Positions 30,038 to 39,310 of a DNA stretch of 64,000 nt are shown here, in pieces (the first letter of the stretch is position 1; each line of letters begins with the position of its first letter). The DNA is taken from NCBI RefSeq assembly GCF_030523875.1, contig NZ_JAUNHR010000001.1:360-64359 (forward strand), given 5' to 3'. Source of the DNA: Micrococcus sp. Its GTDB lineage: Bacteria > Actinomycetota > Actinomycetes > Actinomycetales > Micrococcaceae. The notes below the pieces were generated by a model. That model ran no database searches and had not been told where the DNA came from. It worked only from the letters and a program-made list of their open reading frames with translations. Position numbers and translations under genes: made by a program.

Positions 30038-31209
30038 GCGCCTCCCGCGGCGTGCGCCTGGGCCGGGTGGCCGGCGCTCCCGTCGTGCTGACCCCCGCGT
30101 GGGTCCTCGTGGCGACGTTCGTGGTGCTGGCCTTCGGCCCCCAGGTGGCCCGCGCCCTGCCGCAGATCGGCGCGGGGGCATGGCTCGTGGCGGGCGCGTA
30201 CGCCGTGCTGCTCGCCCTGTCCGTGCTGGTGCACGAGATCGCCCATGCCGTGGTGGGGCGCGCCTTCGGGCAGCGGCCCCACGAGATCGTCCTGACCCTG
30301 TGGGGCGGGCACACGCAGTTCCGCGGCCCCCACGCCGGCCCCGGGGGCTCCGTGGCCACGGCCCTGGCCGGGCCCGCCGCCAACCTGGTCCTCGCCGCCC
30401 TGGCCTGGGGCGCGGGGGAGGCCCTCGGGGCCCGCGGGGTGGCCGGGCTGCTGCTGGACGTGACGGTGTGGGCGAACCTGCTGCTCGCCGCGTTCAACGC
30501 GCTGCCCGGCGCGCCCCTGGACGGCGGACGCATGGTGGAGTCGGCCGTGTGGGCCGCCACCGGCTCCCGCGATCGCGGCGTGGCGGCCGCCGGCTGGGCC
30601 GGGCGGGCGGTGGCCGTCGGGCTCGTCGCGCTCGTCCTCGGGGGCCCGCTGCTGCGCGGGGAGCGTCCCGGCCTCGTGATGACCGTGCTGCTCGTCTGGG
30701 TGGCCCTGACCCTGTGGCGAGGGGCCTCCGAGGCCGTCGAGCGCGGCCGCTGGGGCCGCCGCCTGGAGCGGGTCCGCCTCGATGCGCTGCGCCTGCCCGC
30801 CGTCCCCGTCCCGCTGACGGCCACCGTGGCCCAGGCCCTCGCCGTCGGGGACGCGACCACCGCCCGGGTGGCCGTGGACGAGGCCGGCCGGCCCCGCGGC
30901 GTCGTCGACCTCACCGCCGTGCAGGCCCTCGCCCCGGAGGTCGCCGCCGCCACGCCCGTGTCCGCCGTGTGCCGCGCCGTCGCCCCCGAGGCCGTCCTCG
31001 ACGCCGACGCCCTGCCCGCCGCCGGCGGCGACCTCGTGACGGCCCTCGCCGCTCTGGACCGCCGCGACGGCCTCTCCGCCCTCACCGAGACCCCCGTGTG
31101 GGTGCTCACCGACGCGCACGGCGCCGTGCGCGGCGTGCTGCCCCGCGAGACCATCCTCACCGCGCTCACCGACGCGCGGCCCGCCGACCCCCAGGAGCAC
31201 CGAGCATGA
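30034..31209 (+). CDS. site-2 protease family (M50) membrane metalloprotease
   Basis: HEIAHAVV zinc motif within TM helices. ATG overlaps the HAD TGA (ATGA). C-terminal soluble domain. Confidence 0.75.
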   Translation: MSASRGVRLGRVAGAPVVLTPAWVLVATFVVLAFGPQVARALPQIGAGAWLVAGAYAVLLALSVLVHEIAHAVVGRAFGQRPHEIVLTLWGGHTQFRGPHAGPGGSVATALAGPAANLVLAALAWGAGEALGARGVAGLLLDVTVWANLLLAAFNALPGAPLDGGRMVESAVWAATGSRDRGVAAAGWAGRAVAVGLVALVLGGPLLRGERPGLVMTVLLVWVALTLWRGASEAVERGRWGRRLERVRLDALRLPAVPVPLTATVAQALAVGDATTARVAVDEAGRPRGVVDLTAVQALAPEVAAATPVSAVCRAVAPEAVLDADALPAAGGDLVTALAALDRRDGLSALTETPVWVLTDAHGAVRGVLPRETILTALTDARPADPQEHRA

Positions 31210-32369
31210 GCGACGCCCCCGCGTCCCCGACCCCCCACCACCCCGCCGACGCAGCCCCGCAGAACGTCCCCGCGGGCGTCACCGCGCAGGACACTCCGGC
31301 GGGCGTCACGGCCCGACGCGGCCCGCTGCGCGCCGGCCAGCGCGTGCAGATCAAGGACGCGAAGGGCCGGCTGAACACCATCACGCTCCTGCCGGGCGGC
31401 GAGTTCCACAGCTATCAGGGCGTGCTCCGGCACGACGACCTGATCGGCGGCCCCGAGGGCGTGGTGGTGCAGAACTCCTCCGGGCACGACTACCAGGTGC
31501 TGCGCCCCCTGCTCAACGACTTCGTGCTGTCCATGCCGCGCGGCGCCACGGTGGTCTACCCCAAGGACGCCGGGCAGATCGTGCAGCAGGCGGACGTCTT
31601 CCCGGGCGCGGTCGTCGTCGAGGCGGGCGTGGGCTCGGGCGCGCTGTCCATGTCCCTGCTGCGCGCCGTGGGGGACCACGGTCAGCTGCACTCCTACGAG
31701 CGCCGCGAGGAGTTCGCCGAGGTGGCCCGCGGCAACGTGGAGTCCTTCTTCGGCGGCGAGCACCCGGCGTGGTCCATCCACCTCGGCGACGCCCAGGAGA
31801 GGATGCTGGAGGTCCACGAGCCCCACTCCGTGGACCGCGTGGTCCTGGACATGCTCGCCCCCTGGGAGTGCCTCGACGCCGTGGCCACCGTCCTCGCCCC
31901 CGGCGGCGTGTGGCTGAACTACGTGGCCACCGCCACCCAGCTCTCCCGCGTGGCCGAGGCCATCCGGGACTCCGGGAAGTTCACCCAGGTGGAGGCCAAC
32001 GAGACCCTCGTGCGCGGCTGGCACCTGGACGGCCTGGCCGTGCGCCCGGACCACCGCATGGTGGCCCACACCGGCTTCCTGCTCACCGCGCGCCGCCTGG
32101 CCACCGGCGAGGAGGCGCTGCGGCTCAAGCGCCGGTCCAAGGTGTCCGAGTTCAAGGACGTGGACGTCGAGGCGTGGCGCCCGGCCGACGAGGCCCGGTG
32201 GACCCCCCAGGCGCTCGGCGAGCGCCCCGTGACGGACAAGAAGGCCCGCAAGGCCGCCAAGGAGGCCCGGCTCATGGCGCGCCGCGCGCGCGAGGCCGAG
32301 GCCGACGTCGACGCCCGGGGTCAGCGCCGCCCCGCCGCCGGCGCGGCAGGAGAGGAGCAGCATGACTGA
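31206..32369 (+). CDS. trmI: tRNA (adenine58-N1)-methyltransferase TrmI
   Basis: Rv2118c-like (VVEAGVGSGALSMSLLRAVG, LDMLAPWECLDAV). ATG overlaps the upstream TGA. Confidence 0.8.
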   Translation: MSDAPASPTPHHPADAAPQNVPAGVTAQDTPAGVTARRGPLRAGQRVQIKDAKGRLNTITLLPGGEFHSYQGVLRHDDLIGGPEGVVVQNSSGHDYQVLRPLLNDFVLSMPRGATVVYPKDAGQIVQQADVFPGAVVVEAGVGSGALSMSLLRAVGDHGQLHSYERREEFAEVARGNVESFFGGEHPAWSIHLGDAQERMLEVHEPHSVDRVVLDMLAPWECLDAVATVLAPGGVWLNYVATATQLSRVAEAIRDSGKFTQVEANETLVRGWHLDGLAVRPDHRMVAHTGFLLTARRLATGEEALRLKRRSKVSEFKDVDVEAWRPADEARWTPQALGERPVTDKKARKAAKEARLMARRAREAEADVDARGQRRPAAGAAGEEQHD

Positions 32370-34125
32370 GCACCCCATCGGCAGCGCCGGACAGGACGGG
32401 GCGGCCCTGCGTCGTCGCCTCGAGGAGGCCCGCGAGCTGCTGCGCCAGGAGCAGTCGCGCGCCGAGCGCCTGCAGCACCAGCTGGACGCGGCCCAGCGCC
32501 ACGGGGCCCAGCTCTCGGAGCGGCGCCGCGAGGCGAGGGCCCAGCTGGACGTCGCCGCGCGCAACAACCGCCGCATGGTGGACCTGCTCGAGGCGACCCG
32601 CGGGGAGATCACCACCCTCAAGGAGGCCCTCGACGCCACCACCAAGCCGCCCTTCACCTTCGCCCGCCTGGAGTCCGTCCTGCCGCCGCGTGAGCCGGTC
32701 GAGGGCGTGGAGACGGGCGCCGTCGTGCGCGGCGGCGCGGACGTCGTCCAGAACGGCCGGCGTCTGCGGGTCAGCGTGTCGCCGCTGCTCGAGCCCGAGC
32801 GCCTGACGCCGGGCGCGGAGGTGCTGCTGGACGAGTCGAGCACCGTCGTCGGCGTCGCGGACGCCAGCCCCGCCGGCCAGCTGCTGCGCGTGAAGGAGGT
32901 GCTGGACTCGGGGGACCTCGTCCTGGCCGGCACCGCCGACGAGGAGCGCCTGGTCCGCCGGGCCCCGGCCCTGGAGGGCGTGCCGCTGCGCCACGGGGAC
33001 GCCGTCACGGTGGACCCGCGGATCGAGTGGGCGCTGCGGCACGTGGAGCTCTCCGAGGTGGACGACGTCCTGCTCGAGGAGGTCCCGGACGTCACGTTCG
33101 AGGACATCGGCGGCCTCGGCCCGCAGATCGAGCGCATCCGCGAGGCGGTGGAGATCCCGTTCCTGCACCCCGAGGTGTACCGCGAGCACGGGCTGCGCGC
33201 GCCGAAGGGCATCATGCTCTACGGCCCGCCCGGAACGGGCAAGACCATGCTCGCCAAGGCCGTGGCCAACGCGCTGTCCGCGCGCTCCGCGGACGGCTCC
33301 CGCTCCTTCTTCCTGAACATCAAGGGCCCCGAGCTGCTGAACAAGTACGTGGGCGAGACCGAGCGGCAGATCCGGATCATCTTCGACCGGGCCCGCGAGC
33401 GCGCCGCCGCCGGGTTCCCCGTGGTGGTGTTCTTCGACGAGATGGAGTCCCTGTTCCGCACGCGCGGCTCGGGGGTGTCCTCGGACGTGGAGACCACGAT
33501 CGTCCCGCAGCTGCTCGCCGAGATCGACGGCGTGGAGTCCCTGGACAACGTGATCGTGATCGGCGCGTCCAACCGCGAGGACATGATCGACCCGGCCGTG
33601 CTGCGCCCGGGCCGCCTGGACGTGAAGATCCGCGTGGACCGCCCGGACGCCCGCGGCGCGGTGGACATCATGGCCCGCCACCTCACCGACGACGTCCCGC
33701 TGCACGCGGACGAGGTGGCCGCCGCCGGCGACGCCGAGCAGGCCCGCGAGGACCTGATCGCCGCCGCCGTGACGGCCCTGTACGAGCGCTCGCCCCGCAC
33801 CGCGCTGGCCGAGCTCACGGACGTCACGGGCGCGGCGCACACGCTGCACCTGGCGGACCTGGTCTCGGGCGCCGTCGTGGCGGACGTGGTGGACCGCGCC
33901 AAGCGCTCCGCGGTGCGCGACCTGCTGGCCGCGGACATGGCCGACGACGCCCGCGGGCTGCGGCAGAACCACCTGCTGGACGCCGTGGACGCGGTGCTGG
34001 CGGACCAGGCGGACCTGCTGTCCACGGTGGCGCCGGGGGAGTGGGCCCGCACCTCGGGCTGGCGTGGCCCGCGCCTGGCCGGGCTGCGCATGCTGCCCGG
34101 CGGCACGGCGGGGGCGGGCGCATGA
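32362..34125 (+). CDS. arc: proteasome-associated AAA ATPase ARC/Mpa
   Basis: N-terminal coiled coil. Walker A GPPGTGKT. VVFFDEMESLF. Upstream of dop. ATG overlaps the trmI stop. Confidence 0.9.
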   Translation: MTEHPIGSAGQDGAALRRRLEEARELLRQEQSRAERLQHQLDAAQRHGAQLSERRREARAQLDVAARNNRRMVDLLEATRGEITTLKEALDATTKPPFTFARLESVLPPREPVEGVETGAVVRGGADVVQNGRRLRVSVSPLLEPERLTPGAEVLLDESSTVVGVADASPAGQLLRVKEVLDSGDLVLAGTADEERLVRRAPALEGVPLRHGDAVTVDPRIEWALRHVELSEVDDVLLEEVPDVTFEDIGGLGPQIERIREAVEIPFLHPEVYREHGLRAPKGIMLYGPPGTGKTMLAKAVANALSARSADGSRSFFLNIKGPELLNKYVGETERQIRIIFDRARERAAAGFPVVVFFDEMESLFRTRGSGVSSDVETTIVPQLLAEIDGVESLDNVIVIGASNREDMIDPAVLRPGRLDVKIRVDRPDARGAVDIMARHLTDDVPLHADEVAAAGDAEQAREDLIAAAVTALYERSPRTALAELTDVTGAAHTLHLADLVSGAVVADVVDRAKRSAVRDLLAADMADDARGLRQNHLLDAVDAVLADQADLLSTVAPGEWARTSGWRGPRLAGLRMLPGGTAGAGA

Positions 34126-34280
34126 GCGCGCCAGGTCGCCTGCCCGGCGGGATCGGCGCCGGGGAGGCGGGGCGGACGGGCACGACGCCGGCCGGCACCC
34201 CCGCCTTCGACGGCCAGCGCCGGCTGTTCCCGGCGGACGCGGCCGGTCCGCCGCTCGGCCGGGACGCCGCGGGCTGGGGC

Positions 34281-35861
34281 GTGCACCGCGTGATGGGCAC
34301 GGAGACCGAGTTCGGGATCCACGCCCCGGCCAACCCGGGCGCCCACCACAGCGTGCTGTCCGTGGAGCTGGTCAACGCCTACGCGGACCTGGTGACCCAC
34401 GGCGGGGGCGCGGTGGCGGGCACGGAATGGGACTACACGGGCGAGTCGCCGCTGGTGGACGCCCGCGGCTGGCGCATGCCCCGCTCGGCGGCCCACCCCT
34501 CCCAGCTGACGGACCAGGCGCTCGTGGGCCCGGACGGGGAGCCGGTGCACCTGCTGCTGTCCACCGTGCTGCCCAACGGGGCGCGCTGGTACGTGGACCA
34601 CGCCCATCCGGAGTACTCCTCCCCGGAGACCGCCTCCCCGCGCGAGGCCATGGTGTGGGACGCGGCGGGGGACCGGATCGCCCAGGCCGCCGCCGAGCAC
34701 ATCGGCGCCGCCGAGGGCGCGCCCGAGGTGCTGGTGTACAAGAACAACACGGACGGCAAGGGCCGCTCCTACGGCACCCACGAGAACTACCTGGTGGCCC
34801 GCGCCCTGGACTTCGAGGAGCTGACCGCCGTCCTTCTGCCGTTCTTCGCCGCCCGTCAGGTGCTGGTGGGCGCGGGCCGCGTGGGCCTGGGGCCCGAGGG
34901 GGAGCGCCCCGGGTTCCAGCTGTCCCAGCGCGCGGACTACTTCGAGGAGCAGGTGGGCCTGGAGACCACGATCCGCCGGCCGATCGTGAACACGCGGGAC
35001 GAGCCGCACGCCAGCGCCCACGCGTACCGGCGGCTGCACGTGATCATCGGGGACGCCACGCTCAGCCAGCACGCCACGTGGCTGCGGATGGGCATGACCG
35101 CCCTCGTCCTGGCCCTGGCCGAGGCCGGCACGGCCCCGCGGCTGCGCCTGGACGACCCCGTGGCCGCGCTCCAGGCCATCAGCCACGACCCCACGCTGCG
35201 GGCGCGCGTGCCCGTGTGGGAGACCGACGACGCCGGCACGCGCCGCGTCGAGATGTCCGGGCTCCAGATCCTGGGCGCCTACCACCGGGCCGCGGCGGAG
35301 CACTGCGCGTGGTTCGGCGTGACCGACCCGGAGACGGCCGAGGTGCTCGAGGCCTGGGGACGGGACCTGGCGGACGCCGCCGAGGACCCGCTCTCCCTGG
35401 CGGACCGGGCCGACTGGGCCGCGAAGCTGCGCGTGCTCGAGGGGATGCGCGCCCGCGCCGGGCTCGGCTGGGACGACCCGCGCCTGGCCATGGTCGACCT
35501 GCAGTACGCGGACCTGCGGCCGGCGAAGTCGCTGCACGCCCGCCTCGTGGCCGCCGGCGCCCTGCGCGTGCTGGCCTCGGAGGACGAGGTGGCGGCCGCC
35601 GTCGACGCCCCGCCCGCGACCACCCGGGCGTGGACGCGCGGGAACCTCGTGCGCCGCCACGGCGGGCTCGTGGCCGGCGCGGCGTGGGAGTCCGTGCTCC
35701 TGCGCGCCGGCGGCGAGGACGGCCGGATCCACCGGCTGCACCTCGGCGAGCCCCTCGAGGGCGCGGCCGCCGATCTGCCCGGGTGGTGGGCCGGGGACGG
35801 TGAGGACCCCTCGGCGGATCAGCTGGCCGCTGTGCTGGTGCCGCTGCTGCGCCGGGACTGA
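34281..35861 (+). CDS. dop: Pup deamidase/depupylase Dop
   Basis: VHRVMGTETEFGI... aligns with the M. tuberculosis Dop N-terminus MQRIIGTEVEYGI. YKNNTDGKGRSYGTHENY. An in-frame upstream ATG at 34122 (overlapping the arc stop) would add 53 aa. Confidence 0.8.
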   Translation: MHRVMGTETEFGIHAPANPGAHHSVLSVELVNAYADLVTHGGGAVAGTEWDYTGESPLVDARGWRMPRSAAHPSQLTDQALVGPDGEPVHLLLSTVLPNGARWYVDHAHPEYSSPETASPREAMVWDAAGDRIAQAAAEHIGAAEGAPEVLVYKNNTDGKGRSYGTHENYLVARALDFEELTAVLLPFFAARQVLVGAGRVGLGPEGERPGFQLSQRADYFEEQVGLETTIRRPIVNTRDEPHASAHAYRRLHVIIGDATLSQHATWLRMGMTALVLALAEAGTAPRLRLDDPVAALQAISHDPTLRARVPVWETDDAGTRRVEMSGLQILGAYHRAAAEHCAWFGVTDPETAEVLEAWGRDLADAAEDPLSLADRADWAAKLRVLEGMRARAGLGWDDPRLAMVDLQYADLRPAKSLHARLVAAGALRVLASEDEVAAAVDAPPATTRAWTRGNLVRRHGGLVAGAAWESVLLRAGGEDGRIHRLHLGEPLEGAAADLPGWWAGDGEDPSADQLAAVLVPLLRRD

Positions 35862-35980
35862 CCCGGCGGCCGGCGGGGGTCGTCAGGCCGGGCGTCCCCC
35901 GCCGCCCGGCGGGCGTTGACCCATGTGGGGCGGGGGAGGACGGCGGGGCGTGACACCCCCGCTCCGAGAGGCACCCCGCC

Positions 35981-36441
35981 GTGTTCATCCCGCACGTCGC
36001 CGACGGCGTCCACCTGCTCACCCACGCCCATGTGAACGTCTACCTGATCGAGGATGAGGACGGCCTCACCCTCGTGGACGCCGGCCGGACGAGGTCGCCG
36101 CGCTCCTGCTGACACACGGTCACTTCGACCATGTGGGCTTCGCACGCCGCGCCCAGCGCGAGTGGGACCTGCCCGTGCACGTCCACCGGGCGGACGGCCG
36201 GCTGGCCCGGCACCCCTACCGGTACCGGCCCGAGCGCAGCCGGCTGTCCTACCCCCTCACCCATCCGCGGTCCCTGCCGGTGCTGGGCGGCATGGCCGCC
36301 GCCGACACCGCCGAGGCCCTGGCCTCGCTGGATGCGATCGCGTCGACGGGGGCCCGGACGCTGCTGCCCGGGCACGGCGGCCCCTGGCACGGCGGAGCGG
36401 TCGAGACGGTCCGGCGCGCCCTGCAGGAGGGGGCCCACTGA
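35981..36441 (+). pseudogene. MBL-fold metallo-hydrolase, disrupted by a frameshifting internal deletion
   Basis: Frame A: MFIPHVADGVHLLTHAHVNVYLIEDEDGLTLVDAG, then stop at 36110. Frame B resumes PDEVAALLLTHGHFDHVGFARRAQ...GHGGPWHGG. About 20 codons between VDAG and DEVAALL are missing, and the deletion is not a multiple of 3. Confidence 0.5.
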
Positions 36442-36456
36442 CCCCCTCGGCGCGCG

Positions 36457-37050
36457 TCAGCCGGAGATGCGCCCGCGCACGTCGCCGATGAGCGCGTCGG
36501 CGCGCTGCGTGAGCCGGTCGGCCCGCTCGATGCGGGCCGTGAGCTCGGCGCCCAGCTCGTCGTCCTTGAGCGGGGAGAGGTTGGTCAGCAGGGTGACGAC
36601 GGCGGCCGTCAGCCCCGCCCGGGCGCAGCCCAGGGCCGTGGCGACGTCGGAGAGGGTGTTGGGGTTGCCGCCGTCGAGGGCCTCCTCGGCGAGGTCCAGG
36701 AGCCGGCCGGCGGCGTCGACGATCGCCTCGGGCGGGCGCACCGCCTCGGCGAGCGCGTCCTGGACGGCCGCGGACCGGGCCTCCCGCTGCCGATGGGTGT
36801 CCTTCGGCAGGCCGAACGCCTCGGCCACGGCCCCGAAGCCCTGCTCGTCCTCGTCGGCCACCGCCAGGCAGTCCCGGATGAGGTCGCCGCAGCGGGCGGC
36901 CAGCTCCTCGCGGTCGGCGTAGCGGGCGGCCATGGACACCAGGCCGGCGCCCTGCGCCACGGCCAGGGCGCCCGTGGCGCCGCCGCCGGGGGTGGGCTCC
37001 CCGGAGGCCAGGCGGGTCAGCAGGCCCTCGATGCTCTCGTCACGGATCAT
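36457..37050 (-). CDS. cyclodeaminase/cyclohydrolase family protein (FTCD C-terminal-like)
   Basis: MIRDESIEGLLTRLASGEPTPGGGATGALAVAQGAGLVSMAARY... shows the typical FTCD_C-like pattern. 197 aa. Confidence 0.65.
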   Translation of the reverse strand: MIRDESIEGLLTRLASGEPTPGGGATGALAVAQGAGLVSMAARYADREELAARCGDLIRDCLAVADEDEQGFGAVAEAFGLPKDTHRQREARSAAVQDALAEAVRPPEAIVDAAGRLLDLAEEALDGGNPNTLSDVATALGCARAGLTAAVVTLLTNLSPLKDDELGAELTARIERADRLTQRADALIGDVRGRISG

Positions 37051-37105
37051 GCGCCCATCCAAGCACGCGCCGCACGCGTCCGCCCAGGTCGGGGCCCACC
37101 CGGGC

Positions 37106-37588
37106 TCAGACCCGCTCCCACGAGGCCACGGGCCCCTCCTCGAGCTCGAACAGGGGGTGCAGGTCCGGGACCGCCACGTGCTCCCAGCGGGCCAGCCACT
37201 CGGGGCTCCGGGCGGCGAGCTTGGCGCGCAGGTGGGCCCACTCATGGTCCCGCTGGCCGGTGGTCGCCGGGATGGGGGCCAGGCGCAAGGGCAGCACCAG
37301 CTCGCCGGGGGCGCCGTCGTCGCCGGCGGGCGGGGTCTCCAGGGGCCGGTCGATGCGCGAGGTGTCGAACCGGTACCCGCGCGCGGACGCCTCCAGGGCG
37401 ATCCCGGTCAGGAACGCCCCGATCGCCGACGCCGGGTCCCCGTGGTCGCGGAAGCGCTCGAGCTGGGGGTGGTTCCGGTAGCCGCGCGTGCGGCGGGCCA
37501 GCGCGGCCTGGGCCAGCAGCGCCTCCCGCCACGCGCCGGTCAGGCCCTGGCGGTCCAGGTGCCTCGGGTGCAGGGTCCACAGTCGCAT
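37106..37588 (-). CDS. pdg: pyrimidine-dimer DNA glycosylase / UV endonuclease (T4 endonuclease V family)
   Basis: MRLWTLHPRHLDRQGLTGAWREALLAQAALARRTRGYRNHPQLERF is the Pyr_excise family signature. About 18 kDa, as for M. luteus Pdg. Confidence 0.75.
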   Translation of the reverse strand: MRLWTLHPRHLDRQGLTGAWREALLAQAALARRTRGYRNHPQLERFRDHGDPASAIGAFLTGIALEASARGYRFDTSRIDRPLETPPAGDDGAPGELVLPLRLAPIPATTGQRDHEWAHLRAKLAARSPEWLARWEHVAVPDLHPLFELEEGPVASWERV

Positions 37589-37701
37589 GCGCCCATCCTG
37601 GCACCCCGGCCGACGCCCGCCGACGCCGGTCGCCCGGCCCCGGCCCGCCGACGTAGTCTCGGAGCAGACGCACCGACCACCCCCTGATCAGGAGGAGCAC
37701 C

Positions 37702-37890
37702 ATGTCCCAGGAGCAGATCCGCCCCCGTCCCGCCGGCGGCGACGACGACGCCCCCGCCGCGGGCCAGGCCCAGGTCAAGGCGCAGACGCAGGACACCGGC
37801 CTGGACGGCCTGCTGGACGAGATCGACTCGGTGCTGGAGACCAACGCCGAGGAGTTCGTCAAGGGCTTCGTCCAGAAGGGCGGCCAGTGA
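37702..37890 (+). CDS. pup: prokaryotic ubiquitin-like protein Pup
   Basis: 62 aa, acidic, ends ...FVKGFVQKGGQ (C-terminal GGQ). AGGAGG RBS. Confidence 0.9.
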   Translation: MSQEQIRPRPAGGDDDAPAAGQAQVKAQTQDTGLDGLLDEIDSVLETNAEEFVKGFVQKGGQ

Positions 37891-39275
37891 CCGCCGAGGC
37901 CCGCCGGGTGATGGGACTGGAGACGGAGTACGGGGTCCAGCACTGGAACCCCGACGCCCGGCCGCTGAGCGCCGAGGAGGTGGTGCGGTACCTGTTCCGC
38001 CCCGTCCTCGCGTGGGGCCGCTCGTCCAACGTCTTCGTGTCCAACGGCTCGCGGCTCTACCTCGACGTGGGCTCCCACCCGGAGTACGCCACGGCCGAGT
38101 GCTCCACGCTGGACGAGCTGATCGCCTCGGACGCCGCGGGCGACCGGATCCTGCAGGGCCTGATCGGTCAGGCGGAGGCCGCCATGGCCGCGGACGGGAT
38201 CGGCGGCTCCCTGCACCTGTACCGCAACAACGCCGACTCCTCGGGGAGCTCCTACGGCTCGCACGAGAACTACCTGTTGCGCCGGCGCACCGAGTACCGG
38301 CGCCTCACCGAGGCGCTGGTCCCCTTCCTGGTCTCCCGGCAGATCATGGTGGGCGCCGGGCGCGTGGTGCCGGCGGGGACGTGGCCGGAGGGCACGGGGG
38401 AGGCGCACTTCGCCTTCTCCCAGCGCGCCGACTTCGTCCAGGAGGGCGTCTCCTCCTCCACCACGCGCTCCCGCCCCATCATCAACACGCGGGACGAGCC
38501 GCACGCGGACGCGTCCCTGTACCGCCGCCTGCACGTGATCGTGGGGGACACCAACCTCTCCGAGCCCACGCACCTGCTGCGCTTCGGCGCCACGGACCTC
38601 ATGCTGCGCATGATCGAGGCGGGCTTCCCCCTCGGCGACCACCGCGTCACCCACCCCACGCTGGCCGTGCGGCAGGTCTCCCACGACCTCACGGGCACCG
38701 CCCGCATCGCCCTGCGCGAGGGCGAGGCCAGCGCCCTGGACCTGCAGGAGCACTACCTCGACTGTGCCCGCCGGTTCGTCGATGCCGAGGGCCCCCACCA
38801 CGAGCGCGTGGGCGAGGTCCTGAACCTGTGGGGCACGGTGCTCGACGCCGTCCGCTCCCAGGACTTCGGCCCCATCGAGGACACGATCGACTGGGCGATC
38901 AAGCTGCGCCTGCTCGAGCGGTTCCGCGAGCGCGACGGCCTCGACTGGTCCTCGCCGCGGATCGCCCAGCTGGACCTGGCCTTCCACGATATCGCCCCCG
39001 GGCAGGGCCTCTACGCGATGCTGCGCGACCGCGGCGCCGTGCGCCGGGTCCTGCCGGAGGGGGCGGGCGAGGCCGCCGTCGACGCCGCCCCGTCCACCAC
39101 GCGCGCGGCGGTGCGGGCCGACTTCATCGCCCGGGCCCGCGAGCGCGGGATGGACTACGCGGTGGACTGGACCACGCTGAAGCTGACCGACCACCCGCTG
39201 CACACGATCAGCCTCAAGGACCCGTTCGACACGGCGCTCGACGCCGTCGACGCCCTGTTCGCGCGGGTCGGCTGA
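37887..39275 (+). CDS. pafA: Pup--protein ligase PafA
   Basis: RRVMGLETEYGV, RLYLDVGSHPEYATAEC and YGSHENYL are collinear with M. tuberculosis PafA. GTG overlaps the pup TGA. Alternative ATG at 37911. Confidence 0.85.
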   Translation: MTAEARRVMGLETEYGVQHWNPDARPLSAEEVVRYLFRPVLAWGRSSNVFVSNGSRLYLDVGSHPEYATAECSTLDELIASDAAGDRILQGLIGQAEAAMAADGIGGSLHLYRNNADSSGSSYGSHENYLLRRRTEYRRLTEALVPFLVSRQIMVGAGRVVPAGTWPEGTGEAHFAFSQRADFVQEGVSSSTTRSRPIINTRDEPHADASLYRRLHVIVGDTNLSEPTHLLRFGATDLMLRMIEAGFPLGDHRVTHPTLAVRQVSHDLTGTARIALREGEASALDLQEHYLDCARRFVDAEGPHHERVGEVLNLWGTVLDAVRSQDFGPIEDTIDWAIKLRLLERFRERDGLDWSSPRIAQLDLAFHDIAPGQGLYAMLRDRGAVRRVLPEGAGEAAVDAAPSTTRAAVRADFIARARERGMDYAVDWTTLKLTDHPLHTISLKDPFDTALDAVDALFARVG

Positions 39276-39310
39276 GGCGACGTCCAGAGAGCGTCGGTAG
39301 GGTGTCCGCC

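Noticed and set aside
34122-34280. A separate small gene between arc and dop.
   Set aside because: It is in frame with dop and low-complexity (Pro/Gly/Ala). Treated as a possible N-terminal extension or 5' UTR of dop, not an independent gene.
36133-36441. A stand-alone 102-aa gene (MGFARRAQREWDL...).
   Set aside because: It is the out-of-frame continuation of the MBL-fold domain (HxHxDH motif lies just upstream in the same frame), so it is part of the pseudogene.
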